Origin: Acidimicrobiales bacterium
GTDB taxonomy: Bacteria; Actinomycetota; Acidimicrobiia; Acidimicrobiales; Aldehydirespiratoraceae
DNA length: 64,000 bases
Direction: 5' to 3'
Assembly: GCA_965116195.1 (NCBI GenBank)
Contig: OZ220491.1
Coordinates: 1,085,080-1,149,079 of the forward strand
Notes under the pieces: model-generated
Seen by the model: the letters and a program-made list of their open reading frames with translations, nothing else
Database searches by the model: none
Told to the model about the DNA's origin: nothing
Shown here: in pieces, positions 1 to 10,262 of the stretch
Layout: each line of letters starts with the position of its first letter
Numbering within the stretch: position 1 is the stretch's first letter
Translations under genes and position numbers: made by a program

Positions 1-1868
<1,868 letters not shown>

Positions 1869-1888
1869 ACCAACATCCCTTCTCGCTC

Positions 1889-1903
1889 GGGGGGGGGGGG
1901 GGG
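1889..1903. repeat. Homopolymer G15 (C15 on the surface-protein coding strand), 20 nt upstream of its GTG start and just 5' of its Shine-Dalgarno
   Basis: Direct count in ctcgg gggggggggg gggctt. Apart from 18687-18705 it is the only long homopolymer in the window. Confidence 0.9.
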
Positions 1904-2094
1904 CTTAGAGCATGTATCGAAATTCTGTGTCATTGGACACTCCTTTTGGGAACAGGGCCGGGTACACCGGAGGGACCCGACTGCGACTGTCTTGGGTGGC
2001 TGAGGATGATAGCGCGGCACCGAACCCAGGTCAAGCCATTTTCGATTTCCCACCAGGGAGGGTCGGCTCAGCTCAGCAGGCGGATCGGCTCAGA

Positions 2095-3069
2095 TCACCA
2101 GGTTTCGGGTTCGTCCAGCAGATACGTGGTGCCTTCCTCGCAGTTGGTCTGTATTGAGCACCAGCGGCAGGAAGGACCGGGTGCCACAGCAGGTGGGCGC
2201 TGTTTGGTGAGCAGTTCCAGGTGGCGTTCGGCACCGTCCACCACCCGCTCGGCCGCCGAATACAACAGGTCCACGCTGACCTTCTCGAATACCGGGCGAC
2301 CCTCGTCCAGGTAGTAGGTGGCGATGAGCCTGGGTGGCAGCACCCGCAGTGACTCCAACAGAGCGTAGAAGCGCAAATCCTCACGGTGTGATGAGGATGT
2401 CCTGCCCGTTTTGAAGTCAATGACCACTTTTCCGGCCACATTTCCGTCGGGTTGGCCAAGCATCAGGTCGGGCTTGCCGGAGAGCACGATCAGTCCCCCG
2501 TGAAACGTGGCCTTCAGCGGGCTCTCGGTTGTGGGCCGCCAACGTGGTTTCAAGGGCGGGAAGCACTCCATGAACCCGGTCATGGCAGCGCCCACTACGG
2601 AGCGCAACTCGGTGCGCTCGGTGTCGCCGCATGTCCTCAGATAGTCGCTGATGCCCTTGGTGGAGTTGCTCAAGCTGGCCATGGCCTCGTCAACCAGCAG
2701 CAAAGGTGACATCTCACCGTGCCAGTGCACAGACAATTCTATTGCCTTGTGCAGGATCGTGCCGCGGGCCGTGGCCGGTGTCCAGACAAAAGGTTGGTCG
2801 TCTTCGGCCAGGAATTTCCGCTCGCAGCCGAGCACCTGATTCAGCTTGAACTTGCTCAGGTAGAGAGCTTCGTCCTTGAATGCGTCCGAAGTGATCACGG
2901 CTGTCAGCGGCTGTAGCCGTTGCTCCAGATGGTCACGCAGTTGGTTGCGCAGGTCAGAGTCGAACATCGGGCGCTCGGCTGGTGGCGCGCCGAGCAGGTC
3001 CACCAGTTGCTGCTGCGCCGGGTTGTAGTCGGCGCTGTCAAGCATGTTCATCAAGCCAGGCCCCGGCAT
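2095..3069 (-). CDS. PD-(D/E)XK nuclease family protein (RecB/Cas4-like, with 4-Cys cluster)
   Basis: ORF track, 324 aa. Core GKPDLML...KVVIDFKTG (D...D/ExK). One N-terminal Cys (LGCERKF) plus C-terminal CRWCSIQTNC matches the Cas4/AddB-type Fe-S Cys arrangement. Confidence 0.7.
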   Translation of the reverse strand: MPGPGLMNMLDSADYNPAQQQLVDLLGAPPAERPMFDSDLRNQLRDHLEQRLQPLTAVITSDAFKDEALYLSKFKLNQVLGCERKFLAEDDQPFVWTPATARGTILHKAIELSVHWHGEMSPLLLVDEAMASLSNSTKGISDYLRTCGDTERTELRSVVGAAMTGFMECFPPLKPRWRPTTESPLKATFHGGLIVLSGKPDLMLGQPDGNVAGKVVIDFKTGRTSSSHREDLRFYALLESLRVLPPRLIATYYLDEGRPVFEKVSVDLLYSAAERVVDGAERHLELLTKQRPPAVAPGPSCRWCSIQTNCEEGTTYLLDEPETW

Positions 3070-3267
3070 CCGAGGTGAGAGTCACCCAGGCGCAATGTAG
3101 TGGTCAGGATGTGATGGAGGTGGCTGTGCTGTGGTGTGGGTGTAAGGCTGTGCTGTGGTGTGATGCGGCGGTCGGGATGTGATGTGTTCATATGGCTGTG
3201 CTGACCTCTTGGCTTCGGTTGCGCTGTTTGACTGTTGAGGTTGTCATACCCACGTGAGATTATGACC

Positions 3268-3400
3268 ACATGGGTATGACACGGCGGGATTCCTCAGATG
3301 TCACGGCACCGCGAGACCATGGGTACGTGGGCACGGCACGGCGGGATTCCTCAGATGTCGCAGCGCCGCGCGATCATGGGCCTGTGGGTATGACATCGCT
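3268..3400. repeat. 57-bp tandem repeat x ~2.3; the last copy contains the ATG (3390) of the downstream CDS
   Basis: GGGTATGACA occurs at 3272 and 3386. ACGGCGGGATTCCTCAGATGTC occurs at 3281 and 3338. The period is 57, which is 19 codons and in frame. Confidence 0.85.
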
Positions 3401-3770
3401 TGGTTTCGCTGCGGCGGCTCGTTCGTTGGGTCAGGCTGCTCGCCTGCGCGGCCTCATCGTGTGTGACTTCGTCAGTCCCCCGAGGCGAGACGACCTCAAC
3501 CGTTCGATACGGTACCGCCCGGCCCCGGCACGGCCCGTTGTTGCGGTGCGTTTGCGAAACAGACCACCGAACGCAGTGCTCGCTGACATGATCGAAGGCT
3601 GCGTGGTGGCCAACCGGCTGAAGGGTGCCAGAGCAGATCTGATACGTTCCGCCCTCTGGCTGTCGGTTAATTGCCCGGAAAGCGAGCACGGTGTCCCGGA
3701 AAGCCAGGACCGTGGCGAGCAACGCGTCCATGCAAACCGCGTCCAGGTAGCCCGCACGCAGGTTGCCTGA
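3390..3770 (+). CDS. Hypothetical protein (function not recognised)
   Basis: In-frame part of ORF 3270..3770. ATG 3390 is the repeat copy adjoining unique sequence. The protein (MTSLGFAAAARSLGQAARLRGL...MIEGCVVANRLKGARADLIRSALW) has ordinary composition. The start could be 3270/3276 if the repeat is translated. Confidence 0.4.
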   Translation: MTSLGFAAAARSLGQAARLRGLIVCDFVSPPRRDDLNRSIRYRPAPARPVVAVRLRNRPPNAVLADMIEGCVVANRLKGARADLIRSALWLSVNCPESEHGVPESQDRGEQRVHANRVQVARTQVA

Positions 3771-4041
3771 ATGAGGCATGTGGCAGTTTCGCCTTTGGCA
3801 AGTTCCGACGTTTGTGATGCCCAGCCGCCGACCCCTTTGTAATCCGCCGTAGCAGGGTGCCGCAGGGTGTTGGTTCCTGCCGGTCAGACGAGCTGGGCAA
3901 CCGTTCAGAAACCGGAGAGTCGTCGGATGCGCTTCCAAGTGTCGGTCCGTGCCGGTCAGCCGAGCAGGGCAACCGATGACCAAACGCCGGAAACGCCCGG
4001 CGGTAGAGAACGGTGGGACAGCAGGTACCGTGACCCTCAGT

Positions 4042-4127
4042 GCCCGGGTGGCGAAATGGCATACGCGACTCGCTTAAAACGAGTTGTCCATAGTGGCGTG
4101 TGGGTTCGAATCCCACCCCGGGCACCA
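4042..4127 (+). tRNA. tRNA-Leu, anticodon UAA (reads UUA), with encoded CCA
   Basis: Hand-folded cloverleaf. Acceptor GCCCGGG/CCCGGGC. Anticodon stem ACTCG/CGAGT with loop CTTAAAA. Long variable arm. T arm GTGGG-TTCGAAT-CCCAC. Discriminator A followed by CCA. Confidence 0.9.
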
Positions 4128-4235
4128 TCTGGCGCGGGGGCATCCCCAACTCGCATCGCACGTTGCAGCATGCTGCGTGTCATATGTTGAGAAAATGGTA
4201 CACACGAACCGAGCCGTGGTAGCTGGAGGAACCGC

Positions 4236-4871
4236 ATGAGCCCGACCGTCACCTTGCCCGTCGTCACCGCAACCCCCGAGAGGATCGCCGATGGGCTGTT
4301 TCGGCCACGACAGTCACTGTTCCCGCCGCTGCCAACCGAAGTGTTCGACATCATTTACGCCGATCCTCCGTGGGATTACAGGGGCCAGCTGCAGCACAAC
4401 GGGCCCGGTGGTAGCGACTCGGGCGGAGCGGAGCGCCATTACCCGACTGTCAAGCTTGATGACCTGAAACGGCTCAGAGTCGGTGATGTCGCAGCGAGCG
4501 ACAGTCTGCTCTTCATGTGGGCCACGAACCCGCACCTGGACCAAGCAATCGAGTTGGGTAAAGCATGGGGCTTCGCGTGGGCCACCGTCGCGTTCGTCTG
4601 GGACAAGCAGCGGGTGAACCCTGGATTCTACACCATGAGCCAGTGCGAACTGTGCCTTGTGTTCAAGCGTGGGCGTATCCCCCGGCCACGTGGAGCGCGC
4701 AACATACGCCAACTTGTGAGCGTTGAACGGCAGGCACACTCCGAGAAGCCCGACGAAGTGCGCGAACGTATCAACGCAATGTTCCCCGAAAAATCCAAGG
4801 TCGAACTGTTCGCCCGCACCAACAGCAGTAACGGCTGGGTCGCGTGGGGGTTGGACGCGCATGGCTCGTAA
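4236..4871 (+). CDS. MT-A70 family DNA methyltransferase (N6-adenine type, DPPW motif)
   Basis: 211 aa. Motifs IIYADPPWDY, HYPTVKLDDL, LLFMWATNPHL and WGFAW...WDK. GGAGGA lies 5 nt upstream of the ATG. Confidence 0.85.
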   Translation: MSPTVTLPVVTATPERIADGLFRPRQSLFPPLPTEVFDIIYADPPWDYRGQLQHNGPGGSDSGGAERHYPTVKLDDLKRLRVGDVAASDSLLFMWATNPHLDQAIELGKAWGFAWATVAFVWDKQRVNPGFYTMSQCELCLVFKRGRIPRPRGARNIRQLVSVERQAHSEKPDEVRERINAMFPEKSKVELFARTNSSNGWVAWGLDAHGS

Positions 4872-5400
4872 CCATCTAGCCAATCGAGCGAACTGGCAAA
4901 AGCTCAGCGCAGCGCGCGGTCTGAGTGCTGAAGACACGTTCACAGTCATCATGCAGATGCACCTGAAAGACACGCTGCTGGAGGCAAAGCACAAACCCGA
5001 CGACTTGGCGGACATCTATGGAGAACGTCTTGGCTGAGACGGAAAACTGAGACCACACTGCGTGCGCCCCGAGTTCGCTGTCCGCAACACCAAAACATGC
5101 AAGGCCATCTACGTCGAGATCAAACGTCAAAAGGCCGAAGGCAACGCGCAGGAACGGGCATGCAAGTACCTGATGCCGGGGATAGTCGCGTCAGCGCGGC
5201 AGAAGGCCAATCAACCTGACGATGTGCTGCCGTTCTGGCTGATCTTCACCAACGGGATCGCCAGCGACTCCAACTACCGGCGCGAAATCCAGCACTGGTG
5301 TCAGGGCATTGATTCGCACTTGCTCTTGTGGCGGCATGTCCGTGACCATGAGGCGGTAACGAGTCACTTCGATACTCACATACGCCCGCTGCTCGACTAG
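4861..5400 (+). pseudogene. Probable cognate restriction endonuclease gene interrupted by one in-frame TGA (5035-5037)
   Basis: ATG 4861 overlaps the methyltransferase stop (coupling). The frame-1 reading MARNHLANRANWQKLSAARGLSAEDTFTVIMQMHLKDTLLEAKHKPDDLADIYGERLG-stop-DGKLRPHC continues in the same frame into ORF 5062..5400. That ORF carries a PE...VEIK (PD-(D/E)XK-like) motif. Confidence 0.55.
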
Positions 5401-5472
5401 CGCTTAGTCAAGATACAATCCTTCTGGCTTGAACGTTCAGCGAACGGGCCTCACCTGGCAAGGGGGTTGAAT

Positions 5473-6342
5473 ATGGCCGATTGTGCTTTTGTGGGTCTGG
5501 GGGTGATGGGCTATCCGATGGCGGGTCACCTCGTCTCGTCAGGCCATCAGGTGACGGTCTACAACCGCACAACTTCACGAGCGGCAGCCTGGGTCGGCGA
5601 GCACACAGGAACTGTCGCCCACACTCCGGCGGCTGCGGCCAAGGGCGCGGAGTTCGTGTTCGTGTGCGTGGGCAACGACGATGATGTGCGCTCGGTGACA
5701 CTCGGTGACAGCGGCGTATTGGCATCAATGGCTGCTGGATCCGTGTTGGTTGATCACACCACTGCATCGGCCGATCTGGCACAGGAACTTCATGCTGTTG
5801 CCTCGGCGCGCGGGGTCGGCTTCTTGGACGCACCCATATCGGGCGGGCAGGCTGGTGCCGAGAAAGGAGTGCTGACGGTGATGTGTGGCGGCAGTCAGGC
5901 AGATTTTGACCGTGCCCAGCAGGTGATCTGCGCCTACGCCAAAGCCGTCACGCTGCTCGGTGGGCCGGGCAGTGGTCAGCGCACCAAGATGGTCAATCAG
6001 ATTTGCATCGCCGGGCTGGTACAGGGTCTCGCCGAGGGTATTGACTTCGCCCGCCGTGCCGGGCTTGATGTGGATCAGGTTCTGGACACGATCTCGCAGG
6101 GAGCGGCGGGGTCATGGCAGATGGCCAACCGGGGCGCGACAATGGCACGTCGTGAGTTCGACTTCGGTTTCGCGCTGGACTGGATGCGCAAGGATCTTGC
6201 CATCTGCTTTGCAGAGGCTGAGCGCATCGGTGCCACCCTGCCGCTGACAGCGACTATTGATCAGCTGTACGCCCGGCTGCAACGCCAAGGCAAGGGCCGC
6301 TGGGACACGAGTTCACTGATTGAACTACTTGTGGATGAGTGA
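5473..6342 (+). CDS. NAD(P)-dependent beta-hydroxyacid dehydrogenase (3-hydroxyisobutyrate / 6-phosphogluconate dehydrogenase-like family)
   Basis: ORF 5467..6342. N-terminal Rossmann motif FVGLGVMGYPMAGHL. ATG 5473 has GGGGG upstream. Length is ~289 aa. Confidence 0.88.
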   Translation: MADCAFVGLGVMGYPMAGHLVSSGHQVTVYNRTTSRAAAWVGEHTGTVAHTPAAAAKGAEFVFVCVGNDDDVRSVTLGDSGVLASMAAGSVLVDHTTASADLAQELHAVASARGVGFLDAPISGGQAGAEKGVLTVMCGGSQADFDRAQQVICAYAKAVTLLGGPGSGQRTKMVNQICIAGLVQGLAEGIDFARRAGLDVDQVLDTISQGAAGSWQMANRGATMARREFDFGFALDWMRKDLAICFAEAERIGATLPLTATIDQLYARLQRQGKGRWDTSSLIELLVDE

Positions 6343-6490
6343 CCAGCCTGACGATCCGGCGAGCCTCTGGTGTCGCTGGCCGGGTTTGAGCTGCTTGTGG
6401 ATGAGTGACCAGCCTGGTGTTTCGCTGGTGATCCGGCGAGCCTCTGGTGTCGCTGGCCAGGTTTGAGTTGCTTGTGGATGAGTGACCGAC
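6328..6490. repeat. 66/77-bp tandem repeat x ~2.3 that copies the last codons plus stop (LLVDE*) of the dehydrogenase gene
   Basis: CTTGTGGATGAGTGACC occurs at 6328, 6394 and 6471. Confidence 0.9.
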
Positions 6491-6618
6491 CAAGCGTCAC
6501 GTTGGCAGTGATGACACGTTGCGGTGATGTCACATTGCAGTGAGAGTGATGTTGTGTTGCAGATGTTGTGTTGCAGTGGTGTCGCAGCGGCACCGTCCAG
6601 GCTTGGCCGCCAAGCCAA

Positions 6619-6724
6619 GGCGAACTCGTTGTGTTATTGCGGGGCGAGAACTCGTTGTGTTATTGCGCGGCGAAAACTCTTTGTGTTATTGCGCGGCGAA
6701 AACTCTTTGTGTTATTGCGCGGCG
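6619..6724. repeat. 26-bp tandem repeat x 4 copying the 3' end of sodA (FAAQ-stop on the minus strand)
   Basis: GTGTTATTGCG occurs at 6631, 6657, 6683 and 6709. The last copy holds the real TAA (6712-6714). Confidence 0.9.
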
Positions 6725-7302
6725 AAGTTGGCTGAGGCGAACTCCCAGTTGAGCAGGTGCTCCACGAAGGTGTCCACGTAGGCAGGCCTGGCGTTTTGGT
6801 AGTCCAGGTAATAGGCGTGTTCCCACACGTCAATGGTGAGCAGGGCTCGCAAGCCGTGACGCAGCGGCGTGTCGGCGTCGTCGGTGTTGAGGATGCTGAG
6901 GCCGTCGTCGCCGGAGACAAGCCAGGTCCAGCCGGAGGCGAAGTTGCCCACCGCTTTAGCGGCGAACTCCGAGTTGAACGCGTCCAGTGAGCCGAAGTCC
7001 CGGTTGAGCGCGGTGAGCAACTCAGCCGACGGTGATTCAGTGCCGCCCGGAGTCATTGAGTTCCAGTAAAAGGTGTGGTTCCACGACTGCGCGGCGTTGT
7101 TGAACAGAGCCGATGGCACGTCAGCAGCAGCAACGATGGACTCCAACGAAGCGTCCTCATGAGGCGTGCCCGTGATCATGCGATTGAGGTTGGCCACATA
7201 GGTGGCGTGATGCCGTCCGTAGTGAAAACTCATCGTGTGCGCAGTGATGTGTGGTTCCAGCGCATCGTCTTTGTAGGGGAGTGGGTCTTGTTTGATTGAC
7301 AT
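6712..7302 (-). CDS. sodA: Fe/Mn superoxide dismutase
   Basis: 196 aa. LPYKDDALEPHITAHTMSFHYGRHHATYVANLN...DVWEHAYYLDYQN are classic Fe/Mn-SOD motifs. Confidence 0.95.
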   Translation of the reverse strand: MSIKQDPLPYKDDALEPHITAHTMSFHYGRHHATYVANLNRMITGTPHEDASLESIVAAADVPSALFNNAAQSWNHTFYWNSMTPGGTESPSAELLTALNRDFGSLDAFNSEFAAKAVGNFASGWTWLVSGDDGLSILNTDDADTPLRHGLRALLTIDVWEHAYYLDYQNARPAYVDTFVEHLLNWEFASANFAAQ

Positions 7303-7382
7303 GGCAGAGGTGCCCTCCGGGTGTGGTTGAAAATGACCACCGAACCATACCGGCAGATCGGCTGAAACATATCGGCGGACCT

Positions 7383-7529
7383 GCTCAACCTGCGGTAATG
7401 CTCCCTCAGCCTGCGAAGAGGTCTGCTCAGCCTGCAGTCACGATTGCTCAGACTGCGGTCACGATTGCTCAGCCTGCGGTCACGATTGCTCAGCCTGCGG
7501 TCACGATTGCTCAACCTGCGAAGAGGTTG
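7383..7529. repeat. 21-bp tandem repeat x 7 copying the 3' end (NLFAG-stop) of the SMP-30 gene
   Basis: GCTCA(G/A)CCTGC units at 7383, 7404, 7425, 7446, 7467, 7488 and 7509. The last copy overlaps the real stop at 7511. Confidence 0.9.
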
Positions 7530-8389
7530 GTGGGTTGTCCCAGGGCGTCCACATCGGCTGCGAACAGCGCTCCGGAGTTGGGTTCGCCGCTGGTGTCGAT
7601 GCCTGCTATCGGATCACGAGCGGTGGTGACATACAGCGTGGCCAGGTCGGGTCCGCCGAAGCAGCAGCATGTGGTCTGCGGTGCTTTTGGCGTTACCACC
7701 TTCTGCATCCGCTCGCCGTCGGGTGAGAACTGCTGCACACCGAAGCCGCCGAAGAGCGCCACCCACAGACAGCCGTCAGCATCAACTGTCATCCCGTCCG
7801 GCAGACCGCTGCTGCCGTCAAAGGTATGGAAAGGTCGCCGTCGGTCAATGGCTCCGCTGTCGGGGTCATAGTCGAACTGGTCAATGCGGAACGTCAGGGT
7901 GTCAATGTGGTACATGGTTGAGCGGTCGGGACTCCAGCCGATGCCATTGGAGATGCGCACCTCCTCAAGCACTCGTTGCACGTTGTGGTCGCCGTCCACG
8001 CGATGCAGAGCTCCGACAGGCGAGCCGTCGTCGGCACCGTTCATCGTTCCCTGGAACAGCCTCCCCTCAGGGTCCACGGCACCGTCGTTGGTGCGGTTGG
8101 ATGCCGGTTCATCCGGCAGGTTGATAGTCACCTCAATCTCATCGGCCTGGTTGGTGAGGGCCACCGAAGCCCCCAGGCCCAGGGCCAAGCCCCCGCCGAC
8201 ACGGGGAGCCACATTGCTGACCGTGTTGTCGTAGCGCACCACGGACACCGGCCGGCTCGAAGCATGGTCAAAGCGATGCAGCGCTCGTCCGGTGATGTCC
8301 ACCCAGAGAAGCAGTTCCTCCACCGGTGACCACACACAGCCTTCGCCCAGTTTGGCTTCGGCTGCATGGACAACTTCTGCGTTGATCAT
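7511..8389 (-). CDS. SMP-30/gluconolactonase/LRE family protein
   Basis: Part of ORF 7511..8689. The start MINAEVVHAAEAKLGEGCVWSPVEELLLWVDITGRALHRFD was chosen at ATG 8389 (SD AGAGG). Beta-propeller-like repeats are present. Confidence 0.8.
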   Translation of the reverse strand: MINAEVVHAAEAKLGEGCVWSPVEELLLWVDITGRALHRFDHASSRPVSVVRYDNTVSNVAPRVGGGLALGLGASVALTNQADEIEVTINLPDEPASNRTNDGAVDPEGRLFQGTMNGADDGSPVGALHRVDGDHNVQRVLEEVRISNGIGWSPDRSTMYHIDTLTFRIDQFDYDPDSGAIDRRRPFHTFDGSSGLPDGMTVDADGCLWVALFGGFGVQQFSPDGERMQKVVTPKAPQTTCCCFGGPDLATLYVTTARDPIAGIDTSGEPNSGALFAADVDALGQPTNLFAG

Positions 8390-8426
8390 TGCTCTGGACC
8401 TCTGCTGATCATTGCTCTGGACCTCT
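8384..8426. repeat. 23-bp direct duplication of SD plus ATG of the SMP-30 gene
   Basis: GATCATTGCTCTGGACCTCT at 8384-8403 and 8407-8426. Confidence 0.9.
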
Positions 8427-8842
8427 ACGTCTGTTTTGGCAGTATTCGATGGCTCTGGCACCCGGTGGCATCTGAACCCGATGACTCTGGCTGGGTGACT
8501 TGGTAAGCGTCCGTGTATCATCGTCTGTCTGTCGTCGTCTGTCAATCGTCGTCTGTCAATCGTCGTGGCGAGCGTATACTTCAAACTCGTTGATGTCCGC
8601 ATGACTGCAATGGGGGTGGCGCATCTGTCATACGCACCAGAGCAGGGGCACCGAGTACTTGCCGCACGACTGCAATACGGGTGGCGCATCTGTCATGCGT
8701 CGTGGCGAGCGTACACTCCGAAGCACAATCGGTGTAGCCGTGACGCAGTGAGCGAAAAGCGTGGGCGATGTAGAACAGTGTCCGGTTGCGGCGAACCCGA
8801 GCAAGAATCCCAGTAGCAGCCTCAACACAGGAGCAACAGACA

Positions 8843-10078
8843 ATGAGCGATCAACATTCAGGCGATCAGCATCCAAGCGATCAGCATCCAGGCGAGCGGT
8901 ACACGATCATCTCGTCGGACTGTCATGCCGGCGGGAACATGGCCGCCTACGAGGAGTATCTTGATCCGGCCTGGCGCGAGGAGTTCAAGGCCTGGCGGGG
9001 TGCCTACCGCAATCCTTACCGTGATCTGCAAGATGACGGACGCTCCCGCAACTGGGACGACGACCGGCGGCTTGCTGAGCAGTACGACGACGGCATCGTG
9101 GCCGAGATCACCTTCCCCAACACCGTGCCGCCGTTCTATCCGACCGGAGCGCTGGTGGCTCGTCCACCCACTGACCGCAGCGACTACGAGCGGCGCTTGG
9201 CGGGGATCACCGCGCACAATCGTTGGCTGCGTGACTGGTGCGCTCGCTATCCCGACCAACGCTGTGGTCTGCCCCAGATATTCGCCGAGGACGTTGACGA
9301 CGCCGTTGCCACTCTGGAATGGGCCGCAGCGGAGGGTTTTCGCAGTTTCCTTTTGCCGCATATTCCGCCCGATGTTGGGCTGCCCGGTTACTGGGACCCG
9401 TGTTGGGATCGTCTCTGGGCAGCAGTGTCTGACCTGGACCTGGTGGTGACCCAGCACGGCGGCAACGGCGGCCCCAACTATGGCAAAGCACCGGCTGCCG
9501 GTGTGATCTTTTTGATGGAGGTGCCGTTCTATGCGCACCGCAACCTGGCTCATCTGATCATGTCGGGGGTGTTTGAGCGCTTTCCCGAGCTGCGTTACGT
9601 GATGACCGAGCAGGGTGTGGCCTGGCTGATCGAGGAGTTGCGCCGCATGGATGGCTATCACCGTCAGATGCGCGCAGGTCGTGTCGGTGAGTTGGGCTTC
9701 GCGGCAGACATCGTGTTGCCGTTGAAGCCGTCGGAGTACTTTGACCGCAATGTGTGGATAGGTGCCAGTTTTCCGTCGCCGGGTGAAGCTGAGGCTATCC
9801 GCAAGGTGGGCGTACACAAGGTGATGTGGGGCAGCGACTACCCGCATCACGAGGGCACTTATCCGTACTCGCTGGAGAGCCTCCAACGGGCGTTTTGCGA
9901 CTGGAGTGCCGAGGACATGCGTACTGTGCTGGCTGGCAACGCGGCTGAGCTTTACGGCTTTGACCTGGACAGGCTCGCTCCTCTGGCAGCAGCGCACGGC
10001 CCCACTGTGGAACAGGTGGCCACGCCACTGGCCGAGATACCGTCCAAGGCAACCAGCCCGGCCTTCTTCAAGCCGTAA
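8843..10078 (+). CDS. Amidohydrolase-2 (ACMSD-like) family metal-dependent hydrolase
   Basis: ORF 8786..10078. ATG 8843 with AGGAG upstream. Motifs IISSDCHAG and WGSDYPHHEG. The N-terminus has a 15-bp duplicated GDQHP(S/G) unit. Confidence 0.8.
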   Translation: MSDQHSGDQHPSDQHPGERYTIISSDCHAGGNMAAYEEYLDPAWREEFKAWRGAYRNPYRDLQDDGRSRNWDDDRRLAEQYDDGIVAEITFPNTVPPFYPTGALVARPPTDRSDYERRLAGITAHNRWLRDWCARYPDQRCGLPQIFAEDVDDAVATLEWAAAEGFRSFLLPHIPPDVGLPGYWDPCWDRLWAAVSDLDLVVTQHGGNGGPNYGKAPAAGVIFLMEVPFYAHRNLAHLIMSGVFERFPELRYVMTEQGVAWLIEELRRMDGYHRQMRAGRVGELGFAADIVLPLKPSEYFDRNVWIGASFPSPGEAEAIRKVGVHKVMWGSDYPHHEGTYPYSLESLQRAFCDWSAEDMRTVLAGNAAELYGFDLDRLAPLAAAHGPTVEQVATPLAEIPSKATSPAFFKP

Positions 10079-10084
10079 GCACTC

Positions 10085-10262
10085 CGTGAGGCGGCACTTC
10101 GTGGGCAGATGCATGACATCGTGTTGCTGTCGCAAGATGCAACAATGAGCAGCGCATTGTGAGGCGCATCATCAAGGGACACGAGTTCCAACAAGCGGCC
10201 AGTCGCAAGATGCAACAATGAGCAGCGCATTGTGAGACGGCACTTCGTGGGCAGCGCTTCGT
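10085..10262. repeat. 73-bp mosaic tandem repeat x ~2.4 ending on the GTG start of the arylsulfatase gene
   Basis: TCGCAAGATGCAACAATGAGCAGCGCATTGTGAG occurs at 10130 and 10203. GGCACTTCGTGGGCAG occurs at 10093 and 10239 (146 = 2 x 73). CTTCGTG is reused at the start codon 10261. Confidence 0.8.

Noticed and set aside
3351-4161. Minus-strand ORFs 3351..3983 and 3667..4161
   Set aside because: One overlaps the tRNA-Leu gene. Both overlap the better plus-strand candidate or repeat-containing non-coding sequence.
5035-5037. In-frame TGA of the endonuclease read as selenocysteine or programmed readthrough
   Set aside because: No SECIS-like hairpin is evident just downstream and there is no biological precedent for a Sec-containing restriction enzyme. 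A nonsense mutation is the simpler explanation.
4127-5470. tRNA-Leu-associated integrative island
   Set aside because: There is no integrase gene. I could not find a direct repeat of the tRNA 3' end (TTCGAATCCCACC...) downstream of 5400.
7296-7871. 191-aa plus-strand ORF
   Set aside because: It begins in the 21-bp repeat array and is otherwise antisense to the SMP-30 gene.
8858-10135. 425-aa minus-strand ORF
   Set aside because: It is fully antisense to the amidohydrolase gene, which has clear motifs. Long antisense ORFs are expected at this GC content.
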